The notes: a model not told the origin generated them from the sequence alone. DNA of 64,000 nt from Gammaproteobacteria bacterium (GCA_033717875.1 JADDKJ010000007.1:31255-95254), one strand, 5' to 3'. Counted from the first letter of the stretch, positions 25,647-35,731 are shown. Translations and numbers: made by a program.

Positions 25647-28600
25647 ATGTCTGGCTCCTACCCCATCAAAATGCCCCAACTCTCGGACACCATGACCGAG
25701 GGCGTGATCGTCAGTTGGGAAAAGAACGTCGGTGACAAGGTCGAGCGCGGCGATATCGTCGCCACCGTCGAGACCGACAAGGCGATCATGGATGTCGAGG
25801 TGTTCCGCGACGGTTATCTGTCCGGCCCCATCGTTCCCACGGACAGCGTCGTGCCGGTAGGCGAGGCGATTGCCTATATCGCCGCTTCCGCCGAAGAAGT
25901 AGAGGGCGGCGCAGTGGCGCCTGTCGCCAAGACAGCGGCCGCGGCGGTACCCGCCCCGGCACCCGAGTCCCATCACGCCCCTGCTAAGACAGCGGCGGCG
26001 GAAGGTCCGGCGGGGACGGTCCACACCATCAAAATGCCCCAGCTCTCCGACACCATGACCGAAGGCATGGTGGTGAGCTGGAGCAAGCAGCCCGGCGACA
26101 AGATCGAGCGTGGCGACATCGTCGCGCAGGTCGAAACCGACAAGGCGATCATGGATGTCGAGGTGTTCCGCGAAGGCTATCTCTCCGGCCCGCTCACCGC
26201 GGCGGACAGCATGGTGCCGGTCGGTGGCGCGATGGGCTATCTGGTGGAGAAGCCGGAGCAGGTGGTTACAGGATCCGCCGTAAGCGCGCCCCAGGCGAAG
26301 CCGGCTGCTGCGGCAGGCGGTGGTTTGAAACCCGCCCCCGCAATCCCCGCCGCGGCAGCTGTGGCCGCCATGGCCTCCGGCGCCGCGCCCGTCTCCCGCC
26401 CCGACAACAAGCAGGCCACGCCCTACGCCCGCAAGCTGGCGGGAGCGCTGCACGTCAACTTGAACAATGTCAGGGGCACCGGTGCCGGCGGAGTGATCGT
26501 CGGCGACGACGTGCTGCGCGCGCAGCCGATCGAACGGCCCACCGAGGTCGCCGCCCAGCCGCCCGCGTATGCCATGCCCGAAATCCAGGTGCCCGGCCAT
26601 GGCCGGGCCATGAGTTCGATGGAGCGCGCGGTGAGCCAGTCGATGACCGCCTCGCTCACCATGCCGACCTTCCACGTCACCATCAACGCCCGTCCCGAGG
26701 CGCTGATCAAGGCCGCCAAGAACAAGGCCGTGTCGGTCACCGTGGCGATCGCCAAGGCCTGCGCGCTGGCGATGAAGAAACACCCCACCATGAACTGGGC
26801 CTACCAGCCGGTGGACAAACTGGTCGAGCGCGACTTCGTCGATATCGGCATGGCCGTGTCGGCCGACGGCGGCGGCTTGGTGGTGCCGGTGCTGCGCGGT
26901 TGCGAATCGCGCAGCCTGGAAGAACTGGATGCCGCCTGGAAAGACCTGGTGGCGCGCGCCCGCGTGCGGCGCCTGAAACCGGAGGAATACGCCAACCCCA
27001 CCTTCATGGTGTCCAATATGGGCATGTTGGGGGTGAGCTATTTCGATGCTATTCCCACGCCCGGCACGGCAGCAATCCTGGCCATCGCCACGGCGGGCGA
27101 ACAAGGCATGCCGCTCACCGTCACCGCCGACCATCGCGTGGTCAATGGCGCGGAGGTGGCCATGTACCTCAATACCTTGAAACAGCATATCGAAAACCCG
27201 GAGGAATGGATGGGACCGAGCGGCCCGGCTATCCCCGCAGGCCAGTGGGACTACGACGTGGTAGTGATCGGCGGCGGGCCGGGCGGCGAGGACTGCGCCC
27301 GTGAGCTGGCCGAGCACGGCATCAAGGTGGCGATGATCAACGACGCGCCTTTCCCCGGTGGCGAGTGCCTGTGGCGCGGCTGCATTCCCTCCAAGGCCTG
27401 GCGCGCCGCGGCGGACCGCATCCGCGACCGCGCCCACGACGCCCACTTGGGCGTGGAAGGCACCACGCAGCCCACGCTCAACTGGGGGTTGTTGGAAAAG
27501 ACCCGCCGCAGCGTCCTCGAAACTCGCGGCGAGATGGCGCTCAAGACTGACACCGGGGTGAAGATCAAGGTCATCCAGGGCTTTGCGTCTTTCGAGTCCG
27601 ACCATCGTATCTTTGTCGACACCTCGGGCAACAGCAAAGACCCGCACGGCCGCGCGCCGCAGGGTGACGGCTCCAAGGGCGAACGCATCACCTTCGGCGC
27701 CGCGGTGATCGCCACCGGCGCCCCGCCCTTCGTGCCGCCCATCCCGGGCGCCGACAAGGGTCTGGCGAACGGCGGCGTGCTGACCTCCGACACGGTATGG
27801 GGCCTGACTGGCCAACCCAAGCGCCTCGGCATCATCGGCGGCGGCGCGATCGGCCTGGAAATGGCGCAGATCTTCCAGGATTTCGGCACCGAAGTCGTGC
27901 TGCTGGAAGGGCGCGACCGCATCCTCGCCGAAGTGGAACCGGAAATCGCCAAGAACCTCACCGCCATCCTCAACAACGATCCGCGCCTGACCGTGCACAC
28001 TTTGGTCAAGATCAAGGAAATCAAAGGTGCGCCCGGCGACATGACGCTGGTCTATGAAGACGCCCAGGGCGCGGCGCAGTCGCTCAACTGCGATTACGTG
28101 CTGATGGCCACCGGCAAGCGCCCGGTGACCGCCCCCCTCAAGCTCGAAGCCGCTGGCGTGGCGCTGGACGGCTACGCCATCAAGGCCGATGTGCGCTGCC
28201 GTACCAGCGTGCCGCACATCTTCGCCGTCGGCGACGTGATCGGCGGCTACATGCTCGCCCACACCGCCGGCCAGCAGGGCCGCGTGGCCGCCGCCACCCT
28301 CCTCGGCGAAGACGCCAAATACGACCAGGACAAGGACTGCGGCGTGATCTTCACCCGCCCGCAGGCCGCCTTCGTCGGTTTGTCGGTCGACCAGGCCAAG
28401 GCCAAAGGCATCGACGCCGCCGAGGTGAAAATGCCGATGAGCATCGACGCCAAGGCCATGATCACCGCCGAGACCCAGGGCATGATCAAGATCGTTGCCG
28501 ACAAGAAGAGCCACCGCATCATTGGTGTCCACTTCCTTGCCGACCACGCCGACACCCTGATCGGCGAAGCGGTGATGATGGTCAGCGGCAGCATGACCCT

Positions 28601-28709
28601 GGAACAGGTCGCGCACGCCATCCACCCGCATCCCACCCAGACGGAAATGTTTGGCGAAATGGCGCGGCGGTTGCTTTCACGGCTGCGCAGGAGCCAGAAG
28701 AAGGGGTAA
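25647..28709 (+). CDS. fused dihydrolipoamide acyltransferase (E2) and dihydrolipoyl dehydrogenase (E3)
   Basis: Two lipoyl domains (IKMPQLSDTMTEG twice), a subunit-binding domain (TPYARKLAGALHVNLNNVRGTGAGG), and the E2 catalytic motif DHRVVNG. From about 27250 and with no intervening stop: YDVVVIGGGPGG, redox centre CLWRGC, and C-terminal HPHPTQTE. Confidence 0.85.
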   Translation: MSGSYPIKMPQLSDTMTEGVIVSWEKNVGDKVERGDIVATVETDKAIMDVEVFRDGYLSGPIVPTDSVVPVGEAIAYIAASAEEVEGGAVAPVAKTAAAAVPAPAPESHHAPAKTAAAEGPAGTVHTIKMPQLSDTMTEGMVVSWSKQPGDKIERGDIVAQVETDKAIMDVEVFREGYLSGPLTAADSMVPVGGAMGYLVEKPEQVVTGSAVSAPQAKPAAAAGGGLKPAPAIPAAAAVAAMASGAAPVSRPDNKQATPYARKLAGALHVNLNNVRGTGAGGVIVGDDVLRAQPIERPTEVAAQPPAYAMPEIQVPGHGRAMSSMERAVSQSMTASLTMPTFHVTINARPEALIKAAKNKAVSVTVAIAKACALAMKKHPTMNWAYQPVDKLVERDFVDIGMAVSADGGGLVVPVLRGCESRSLEELDAAWKDLVARARVRRLKPEEYANPTFMVSNMGMLGVSYFDAIPTPGTAAILAIATAGEQGMPLTVTADHRVVNGAEVAMYLNTLKQHIENPEEWMGPSGPAIPAGQWDYDVVVIGGGPGGEDCARELAEHGIKVAMINDAPFPGGECLWRGCIPSKAWRAAADRIRDRAHDAHLGVEGTTQPTLNWGLLEKTRRSVLETRGEMALKTDTGVKIKVIQGFASFESDHRIFVDTSGNSKDPHGRAPQGDGSKGERITFGAAVIATGAPPFVPPIPGADKGLANGGVLTSDTVWGLTGQPKRLGIIGGGAIGLEMAQIFQDFGTEVVLLEGRDRILAEVEPEIAKNLTAILNNDPRLTVHTLVKIKEIKGAPGDMTLVYEDAQGAAQSLNCDYVLMATGKRPVTAPLKLEAAGVALDGYAIKADVRCRTSVPHIFAVGDVIGGYMLAHTAGQQGRVAAATLLGEDAKYDQDKDCGVIFTRPQAAFVGLSVDQAKAKGIDAAEVKMPMSIDAKAMITAETQGMIKIVADKKSHRIIGVHFLADHADTLIGEAVMMVSGSMTLEQVAHAIHPHPTQTEMFGEMARRLLSRLRRSQKKG

Positions 28710-28711
28710 TG

Positions 28712-28739
28712 ATCGGGGGCTTCGGCCCCCCGATTTTTT
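28712..28739 (+). terminator. intrinsic terminator
   Basis: atcgggggc-ttcg-gccccccgat followed by tttttt, 3 nt after the stop. Confidence 0.75.
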
Positions 28740-28975
28740 CAGGAACCTCTGATGTGTCAGAGCTTCATTTTTTTGAGAACTCAATGGGGCGACGGTCTGC
28801 CCTTCCAGCCTTGGATTACACTGCTCGACCAACGCACTCAACTCAGTCCATGGCATAGCGCTATGGGGTATGGCGGCGGGACTTGTTCGCTTGCTTCTTG
28901 ACTGGGAATCCCTCGAGTAAAGGCGGTGTACGCGCAGGGTTAATTCCAATTTGCGTTAAAAACGACAATAATTTT

Positions 28976-29026
28976 GTAGGGTGCGTTCCACGCACCAATG
29001 GTAATGGTGCGTGGAACGCACCCTAC
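28976..29026. repeat. REP-like palindrome (two inverted units gtagggtgcgttccacgcacca / tggtgcgtggaacgcaccctac)
   Basis: Perfect 22-bp arms with a 7-nt spacer. Same family as 25540, 53353 and 61150. Confidence 0.65.
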
Positions 29027-29166
29027 GATCGATTTCACTTTATTATTGCGAAATGGAATAAGGTTTTTTTCAAATGTCGCTGGTGAGCCAGTCGGCGATG
29101 GGTTTCCAGGGGCCAAGCTGGGTCTGCTCGGCGGATTGGTTCTCCTTTTAGGGGAAGGCATTCACC

Positions 29167-29922
29167 TCAAGGCTTGATGCCATCAGGAGCGCCGGCCCTC
29201 AGCACCAGCTCGACCCGCCGTCGTAGGCGTTGCGCCTCGGCGGCATCGCCGCTGAGCTCGGCGTGACGCGCCTGCGCCAGCAGCCAGGCCAGCAGCGGCC
29301 GGTTCCAGCCCTGGTTCGATGCCGTCTCCACGGCCAGCGCCATCACTGCCGGATGCGCCTGCCCGGCGCGGAACCACACGCCGGCCGCCACCAGGCGTGC
29401 CAGCGGGTCGGCGATCGCCGAAAGCGTGTCCGTATCGCCGCTGGTCATTGTCCCGCCCTCCAACAGGCGTTCGGCAGCGGCACGGTGTTGTGGTGGCAGC
29501 AGGGCCACGTCCTGCGGCCGCAGCCGACCTGTCAGATAGTCGGCATAGGCACGCGCGGGCGTGGCGGCGTCCGCCCGCAGCGCTTCGAACGCGGCGCAGT
29601 CTTCCAACACCAGGCTGGCGACGCGCGTGGCGCAGCGCAGCAACTCGGCACGCGCCATCAGGTTGATATCGCCGGTGCGCGCGATTTCGCGGCGCATGCG
29701 ATCGAACTCCAGAACCTCCACTCGTGTGTCGCCTTTAAAGTAGGCGGTTATGGTGCTTTCCGAGGCGCCTTTGGCGTTCATCTGCCAATCCGGCGGCGGT
29801 GGGCGGCTGGCGCAAGCGCCCATCAGCGCGGCAAGCCCGACCGCCGCAAGCGCCTTGAGGGCACTTCTAAAAATTCGCTGAAGCCGCGATGGCGGCGTTG
29901 GAAATGCGCTCAAAATGCTCAT
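29167..29922 (-). CDS. hypothetical lipoprotein downstream of the MCE gene
   Basis: Lipobox LMGAC in ...RSALKALAAVGLAALMGACAS. The only in-frame ATG (29922) lies inside the MITE-like element, so the start is uncertain. Confidence 0.55.
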   Translation of the reverse strand: MSILSAFPTPPSRLQRIFRSALKALAAVGLAALMGACASRPPPPDWQMNAKGASESTITAYFKGDTRVEVLEFDRMRREIARTGDINLMARAELLRCATRVASLVLEDCAAFEALRADAATPARAYADYLTGRLRPQDVALLPPQHRAAAERLLEGGTMTSGDTDTLSAIADPLARLVAAGVWFRAGQAHPAVMALAVETASNQGWNRPLLAWLLAQARHAELSGDAAEAQRLRRRVELVLRAGAPDGIKP

Positions 29923-29999
29923 GTACTCCGTGTACACTCCGCTTTTTCGCACATTTCCGCCTTGCCCTCGCGTCTTGATCGAATTTTTAGAAGTGCCCT
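29858..29999. repeat. MITE-like element, copy 2, with terminal inverted repeat agggcacttctaaaaat / atttttagaagtgccct
   Basis: Same orientation and about 90 percent identity (by eye) to 1465-1605. Sits between the MCE gene stop (30021) and the lipoprotein signal peptide. Confidence 0.7.
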
Positions 30000-30020
30000 T
30001 GAGATAGCGCGGCGCGATCG

Positions 30021-30983
30021 TCATGGCAGCTTGATCTCCGTGTCCCGCGCGAAAGGCCACTTGCGGTTGATCTCGTTGACCAAGTGCTCCACCTTGCGCA
30101 GGCTGCTCTCCACCTCCGCGCGCAGCGCCGTCAGATCGACCGTGCTCTCGCGGATGTTGGACGCGATCGCCTCGGCATCCACCAGCACGGCATCCACCTT
30201 CTTCAGGCTGGCGCGGGCGTCGCTTAGTAAGGCATTGAGCTGCACCACGGTGGCACGGGTCTCAGGCATCACGCCTTGGTCGCCAAACACCTGAAGGTCG
30301 GCCTTTGCGACCAGCGTATTCACCCGAGCCAACAGTGCGTTTGTGCGGTCCATCAGGATGACCACCTTGCGGGCGTCGGCCTCGTTTCCCATGAGTGCGC
30401 CGAGTGCCCCCTGCCGGCCCTTGAGCTTGTCAGTCACGACCTTCACATTGGCCAGACTGGTATTGATAGCCGAATCGGCCGCGGTCATTGCTTGCAAGTT
30501 GCCGAGCAGGTTGCGCGCCTCGTTCAGCAGACGCTGAATATCGGCCGTGGGGTCGCCGACGAGTACTTTGCTTTCAGCGCCATCGGGCAGTGGCGGGTCC
30601 GTCAACACGCCGCTGTAGGCCCGGATCCGCGTATCGCCCAACAGGCTGCGTTCCATGACGAAGATGCTCGACTGCCGTAGCCAGTGCGCGTCCTTTTTCG
30701 GCACATCGATCACGATGCGGGCATTGCCCTCGGGCGAAAGCTCGATGCGGCTCACTCGGCCGAGCGGGAAGCCGGAAAACGTCATATCCATGCCGACCGC
30801 CACGCCCTCCGAATCATCCGCGAGCAACACCACTTGCTGGGTACGCTCGAACACGCCGCACGCGTAGAGTAAGTAAGCCACCGACACGCTAATCAACAAA
30901 CCCACCAGCAGCATCAGCAGCAGCGCCTTGAACTCAAGCCGTGGTGCTTTTGAGAGAGTCTCGCGCGTGTCTTCCATGGTCAT
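30021..30983 (-). CDS. MCE/MlaD-family protein with long helical C-terminus
   Basis: N-terminal TM helix, then an MCE domain (VAVGMDMTFSGFPLGRVSRIELSPEGNARIVIDV). Confidence 0.8.
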   Translation of the reverse strand: MTMEDTRETLSKAPRLEFKALLLMLLVGLLISVSVAYLLYACGVFERTQQVVLLADDSEGVAVGMDMTFSGFPLGRVSRIELSPEGNARIVIDVPKKDAHWLRQSSIFVMERSLLGDTRIRAYSGVLTDPPLPDGAESKVLVGDPTADIQRLLNEARNLLGNLQAMTAADSAINTSLANVKVVTDKLKGRQGALGALMGNEADARKVVILMDRTNALLARVNTLVAKADLQVFGDQGVMPETRATVVQLNALLSDARASLKKVDAVLVDAEAIASNIRESTVDLTALRAEVESSLRKVEHLVNEINRKWPFARDTEIKLP

Positions 30984-30988
30984 GACGG

Positions 30989-31759
30989 TCAGTAGTAGTT
31001 ACCCACGAGCGAGGCAACCTCGATCAGCAGGATCAGCAGAAACATACGTATCAGACCCTGCAGTTCGGGCAGGGACTGCGGCTTGTGCGGCGGCGGGTCA
31101 AACAGGCTTGAAACCGCCGGGATGAGCGACACAGCCAGACTGAAGGCCGCCGTTTTCAGGACAAAGATGAGCGACACGGCGGGGGTAAACACGTGACCGA
31201 CCTTGCGTGTATATGTGGCAAACGCCGAAAGCGTCAACCCGTGCACAATCAGATACGCCAATACCAGCGAAATCACGCAGCTTACGGTGGCCAACGTCAC
31301 CACCGCAAACATTCCCGCCAGAGTCCGCGGTACCAATTCGGTCACGAGCGGCTCGACGCCGCGCCGACGCTGGGCGTCGAATTCACCCCGCTGGCGCAGC
31401 TCGCTCACCTCGACCCCGCCCGGCACGGTGGAGCGTACCGCGACGAACAGCGCGGCCGTCAGCGGAATCAGCTCCAACACCAGCACGCGGACCACCATCT
31501 CCAGCGCATACTGCGACAGGCCATAACTCGCGGCCGTGACCACCACGATTCGGATTATCACGAGACTGGTCAAGGCCGCCAGTACCGTGAACCAAGGGAG
31601 CAGTGGCGCCGTGCCTAGATAAATATGGCGTGCCAAGCCCGCCCGGTACTCGCGCCGATAGCTCGACGGCGACAGCACCAGGGCCAGCAGCAGCGCCCCC
31701 GTGTGCAGCCAACGGTTGGCGGCGCCCGGCCGATCCTGCGGTGAAGTCGTGGGACTCAT
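30989..31759 (-). CDS. MlaE-family ABC transporter permease
   Basis: Polytopic 256-aa protein with an MlaE-like core (EMVVRVLVLELIPLTAALFVAVRS). Upstream of the MCE gene. Confidence 0.8.
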   Translation of the reverse strand: MSPTTSPQDRPGAANRWLHTGALLLALVLSPSSYRREYRAGLARHIYLGTAPLLPWFTVLAALTSLVIIRIVVVTAASYGLSQYALEMVVRVLVLELIPLTAALFVAVRSTVPGGVEVSELRQRGEFDAQRRRGVEPLVTELVPRTLAGMFAVVTLATVSCVISLVLAYLIVHGLTLSAFATYTRKVGHVFTPAVSLIFVLKTAAFSLAVSLIPAVSSLFDPPPHKPQSLPELQGLIRMFLLILLIEVASLVGNYY

Positions 31760-31961
31760 TAAATCATGATAGCGGTTTGGAGACGCCTTGCGCCAGCGTC
31801 AAAATGCGCCGACGATCGGCGCCCGATTCGGCGGTTCTCGGAGGAATATCCTTTCAGCGTTTTGTGGACAGTAGAGCTACGGCATCGGCTTCAAACTAAA
31901 GGTATAATCTTCTGGAGTCGAAATATAAGGGTAGGAATGGAGTGGCGTATAGGAACCTCTG

Positions 31962-31987
31962 ATGTGTCGGAGGTTCCGGGGGCACAG
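31962..31987. repeat. GGAACCTCTGA-family hairpin
   Basis: ggaacctctga-tgtg-tcggaggttcc. Related copies at 28742-28766 and 43235-43274. Confidence 0.4.
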
Positions 31988-32082
31988 AGATGCGCCGGCA
32001 TGGTTTGCCAATTTCTGTGACCCCGCTCATAGAATATTTGGCGAATAGGGCGCAAAATGACAACAACGTCGAGGATTGCCGC

Positions 32083-32694
32083 ATGACAGCCAGACTCACA
32101 CTGCTGATCATCATGCTTGTTGCCTGGGCACTGCCTGCACGGGCGGATCTCTACGCCTTTACCGACGAGAACGGCGTGCTCAACATCACTAATGTGCCGA
32201 GCTACGACACCCGCTACAAGCTGATCCACAAGGAGCCGAAGAGTGCGCCGCGCCAGAATTATTCCACCGGGTCATTGCGCTCGATGCGCACCGCGAAAAA
32301 GCCGCCGGGGCTGGATGGCATCGTTAGTCAGGCGGCACAGACCTACCAGGTCGATCCGGCGTTGGTGCATGCCGTGATCCATGCCGAATCCGGTTTCAAC
32401 CCACAGGCCCTTTCACCCAAAGGGGCGTCCGGGCTGATGCAGCTCATGCCCGATACCGCGCGCCGCTATGGGGTGCGGGATATCTTCGACCCTGCCGAGA
32501 ACATCAATGGCGGGGTGCGCTACCTGCGCGATCTGCTGAAAATGTTCGGCCAGAACAAGCGCCTGGCGGTGGCCGCTTATAACGCCGGCGAGAACGCGGT
32601 GCTGCGTTTCGGCGGCATTCCTCCCTACCCGGAAACCACCCACTACGTCAGCCGGGTGCTGAGCCTGCATAGTCGGTATAGGCGCAGCGGTTGA
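32083..32694 (+). CDS. lytic transglycosylase (SLT domain)
   Basis: Signal peptide [21 protein letters not shown]. Motifs [27 protein letters not shown] and AAYNAG. Confidence 0.85.
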   Translation: MTARLTLLIIMLVAWALPARADLYAFTDENGVLNITNVPSYDTRYKLIHKEPKSAPRQNYSTGSLRSMRTAKKPPGLDGIVSQAAQTYQVDPALVHAVIHAESGFNPQALSPKGASGLMQLMPDTARRYGVRDIFDPAENINGGVRYLRDLLKMFGQNKRLAVAAYNAGENAVLRFGGIPPYPETTHYVSRVLSLHSRYRRSG

Positions 32695-32705
32695 CGGCGA
32701 TTATC

Positions 32706-32741
32706 CTAAAAACCTCAGTGGGCTCCAACCGAGGTTTTTAG
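32706..32741. terminator. bidirectional terminator-like hairpin
   Basis: ctaaaaacctc ... gaggtttttag between the convergent SLT and comF genes. Confidence 0.55.
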
Positions 32742-32743
32742 AA

Positions 32744-33448
32744 TTACTCAAGCGCCGCCCGCGCGCACACCCACGCCTCGATCGTTTCCACCCCCGTCTT
32801 GCGCATGGTGGCGGCAAGTTCCTCGACAGTGCTGCCGGTGGTCATCACATCGTCGATGATGGCGACGTGGCGGGCGCGGAAACCCGGGGCGACGGTGAAG
32901 GCGCCTTTGACGTTGCGGTGGCGATCCGCGGCGGGCAGGTCGGATTGCGCGGGCGTGGCGCGTTGCCGTTGCACGCTGCGGAAGTCGATGGGGACGCCGA
33001 GCCGACGGGCGATGGGGCGGGCCAGTTCCAGCGCCTGGTTGTAGCCGCGCTCACGCAGGCGCGCGGGGTGCAGCGGCACGGGAATGATCAGATCCGGGCG
33101 GGGCTGTGCGTGGTGCGCGAGATTGCCGGCCATGATGCCGCCCAGCAGCCGGGCGATGGTGAGCTTGTGGTGAAACTTCAGATCCTGAATCAGCCGGTCC
33201 AGCGGATGGGCATAGTGAAACGCGCTGTAGGCGCGATCGTAGCTCGGTGGCTCGTTCTGGCAGCGCCCGCACACTTCCGCGCCAGCCCCGTGCAGCGGCA
33301 GGGCGCAGCGGTGGCAAGCGTCCTGTTGCCAGGGCAGATCTTTCTCGCAACCCGGACACAGGTCCACACCTTCGCCGCCTTGCCCGCCACAGACGATGCA
33401 AGTGGGCGGAAAGAGCCGGGATTGTATATTATTTAGCCAGTTGTTCAC
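32744..33448 (-). CDS. comF: ComF-family phosphoribosyltransferase-like protein
   Basis: N-terminal Cys pairs (CIVCG, CPGC, CHRC, CGRC). C-terminal PRTase motif VAIIDDVMTTGST. Confidence 0.8.
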   Translation of the reverse strand: MNNWLNNIQSRLFPPTCIVCGGQGGEGVDLCPGCEKDLPWQQDACHRCALPLHGAGAEVCGRCQNEPPSYDRAYSAFHYAHPLDRLIQDLKFHHKLTIARLLGGIMAGNLAHHAQPRPDLIIPVPLHPARLRERGYNQALELARPIARRLGVPIDFRSVQRQRATPAQSDLPAADRHRNVKGAFTVAPGFRARHVAIIDDVMTTGSTVEELAATMRKTGVETIEAWVCARAALE

Positions 33449-33466
33449 TTTTTACCGGTTTTTTGG

Positions 33467-33494
33467 TTGACAGGGACTGTTCCGCCAGTATTAT
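33467..33494 (+). promoter_or_regulatory. sigma70-like promoter candidate for bioB
   Basis: TTGACA, 16-nt spacer, TATTAT, about 37 nt upstream of the bioB ATG. Confidence 0.4.
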
Positions 33495-33530
33495 CGTCAT
33501 TATTCTGAGAACCTACAGGGAAAATCAACC

Positions 33531-34574
33531 ATGAACAACGAAACCTATCAGCGCATCGACGCGATCACCGCGCGCGTTCTTGCGGGCGGGGCGATGACCG
33601 CCGACGAGGGGCGCTGGATGATCCGCCTGGAGGACGACTACCTGCCGTGGCTGATGGCGGGCGCGGACCGCATCCGCAAGACCTTTCGCGGCGACGAGGT
33701 CGAGGTGTGCGCGATCTCCAACGTGCGTTCGGGCAATTGTTCGGAAAACTGTTCGTTCTGCGCCCAGAGCGGGCACTACCAGACCGCCACGCCGGTGTAC
33801 AACTACATCCCCGCTGAAAAGCTGGTCGAGCAGGCCGAGCGCGCCCGTGCCTGGGGTGCGAGCGACTTCGGCGTCGTGTCCAAGGGCTGGGGGGTGCGTT
33901 CGGCGAAAGAGCGCGAGCAGTTGCGCGAGTACTTCACGGCGCTGCGTGACCACTCCGACATCGGCCGTTGCGCCAGCCTCGGCGCGCTCGACCAGGAAAC
34001 GGCCGTGATGCTGAAGGCGATGGGCATGGAGAACTATCACCATAACCTCGAGTGCGCCGAGAGCTTTTTCGATCAGGTCTGCACCACCCACACCTATCAG
34101 GAAAATATCGATACCATCCGCCATGCGCGTGATGCCGGGCTGCGGGTGTGCGCGGGCGGCATTCTCGGCATGGGCGAAAATCTCGACCAGCGTGTCGAGC
34201 TGGCCCTCACCTTGCGCGGGCTGGGCGTGGAGTCCGTGCCGCTCAATTTCCTCAACCCGCAAGATGGCACGCCCTTTGGCGACCGTGAGCCGATGCAGCC
34301 GTTCGACATCCTCAAGGCCATCGCCGTGTTCCGCTACCTGCTGCCCAAGGCCGAGATCCGCATCGCGGGCGGACGTCAGTTTCTCGGCGACCTGCAAGCG
34401 ATGATCTTCATGGCCGGGGCCTCGGGCGTCATGATCGGCGATTATCTGACCACCAAGGGGCGCCAGGTGGAAGATGACCTGAAGATGCTCGAAGCCCTGA
34501 AACTGCGGCCACGCGGCGACACCCAGCAGCGGCGCGCGCAGCAGGTGCAAGAGCACAAAATCGTCTGGGCATGA
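33531..34574 (+). CDS. bioB: biotin synthase
   Basis: Radical SAM motif [14 protein letters not shown] region. Confidence 0.95.
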   Translation: MNNETYQRIDAITARVLAGGAMTADEGRWMIRLEDDYLPWLMAGADRIRKTFRGDEVEVCAISNVRSGNCSENCSFCAQSGHYQTATPVYNYIPAEKLVEQAERARAWGASDFGVVSKGWGVRSAKEREQLREYFTALRDHSDIGRCASLGALDQETAVMLKAMGMENYHHNLECAESFFDQVCTTHTYQENIDTIRHARDAGLRVCAGGILGMGENLDQRVELALTLRGLGVESVPLNFLNPQDGTPFGDREPMQPFDILKAIAVFRYLLPKAEIRIAGGRQFLGDLQAMIFMAGASGVMIGDYLTTKGRQVEDDLKMLEALKLRPRGDTQQRRAQQVQEHKIVWA

Positions 34575-35731
34575 AGCACCTCGCCGCCGTGCTGGCACGG
34601 CAGAAGACACATCATCTGTACCGCACCCGCCACGTCCTGGAAAGCCCGCAGGGGGCGGAGGTGGTCATCGACGGACGGCGTTATCTGTCGTTTTGCAGCA
34701 ATGATTATCTAGGGCTGGCCAGCCATCCCGTCGTGGTCCGCGCACTGCACGAGGGCGCCAGCGAGTATGGCGCGGGCAGTGGCGCGGCGCATCTGGTGAC
34801 CGGGCACAGCCTGCCTCACCACGCGCTGGAAGAGGAACTGGCGGCCTTCACTGGCCGGCCGCGCGCCTTGCTGTTTTCCACCGGTTACATGGCCAATCTC
34901 GGCGTGGTGGCGGCGCTGGCGGAACGCGGCGATACGGTCTTCGAGGATCGCCTCAATCACGCCTCGCTGATCGACGCCGGGCTGTTGTCCCAGGCGCGCC
35001 TGCGGCGCTATCCCCATGCCGACATGGAGGCGCTGGAGCGGCAACTTGCCGGCGATGCCGCTGAACACAAGCTGATCGTCAGCGACGGCGTGTTCAGCAT
35101 GGACGGCGACATCGCGCCGCTGTCCCGGCTCGCGGCGCTCGCCCAAGGCCACCACGCCTGGCTGATGATCGACGATGCTCATGGTCTGGGGGTGCTGGGG
35201 CTGAATGGCGGCGGCACGCTGGAGCATTTCGGGCTGGGGCTGGACGATGTACCGATTCTGATCGGCACCCTCGGCAAGGCTTTCGGCACCTTCGGCGCCT
35301 TCGTCGCGGGCAGCGAGGAGCTGATCGAAACACTGATCCAGAAGGCGCGCACCTACATCTACACGACGGCGCTGCCCCCCGCCATCGCGCAGGCGACCCG
35401 CGCCAGCCTGAAGCTGATGCGGCAGGAAGGCTGGCGGCGCGAACATCTGCATCAACTCGTGGCGCGCTTCCGCGCCGACGCGCAACAGTTGGGGCTGGCG
35501 CTGCCTCCTTCGCAGACGCCGATCCAACCGCTGATCGTGGGCGATGCGGCGAGGGCGGTGGCCTTGAGCGAGGCGCTGATGCAGCGCGGCATTCTCATCA
35601 GCGCCATTCGTCCGCCCACCGTGCCGGAAGGCAGCGCAAGGTTGCGTATCACGCTGTCGGCCATGCATAACGAGGCACAAGTGGACCGGCTGCTGGAGGC
35701 GCTGGGCGAGATAGTGGCTGCCCCTGCTTGA
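34571..35731 (+). CDS. bioF: 8-amino-7-oxononanoate synthase
   Basis: PLP-enzyme motifs, including GTLGKAFG (PLP Lys). Overlaps bioB and bioH. Confidence 0.92.
   Translation: MKHLAAVLARQKTHHLYRTRHVLESPQGAEVVIDGRRYLSFCSNDYLGLASHPVVVRALHEGASEYGAGSGAAHLVTGHSLPHHALEEELAAFTGRPRALLFSTGYMANLGVVAALAERGDTVFEDRLNHASLIDAGLLSQARLRRYPHADMEALERQLAGDAAEHKLIVSDGVFSMDGDIAPLSRLAALAQGHHAWLMIDDAHGLGVLGLNGGGTLEHFGLGLDDVPILIGTLGKAFGTFGAFVAGSEELIETLIQKARTYIYTTALPPAIAQATRASLKLMRQEGWRREHLHQLVARFRADAQQLGLALPPSQTPIQPLIVGDAARAVALSEALMQRGILISAIRPPTVPEGSARLRITLSAMHNEAQVDRLLEALGEIVAAPA

Noticed and set aside
25578-28631. 1017-aa ORF on the minus strand
   Set aside because: It lies entirely antisense to the E2-E3 gene, which has clear domain motifs. 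The translation is Gly/Ala/Arg/His-rich low complexity, typical of antisense frames in GC-rich DNA.
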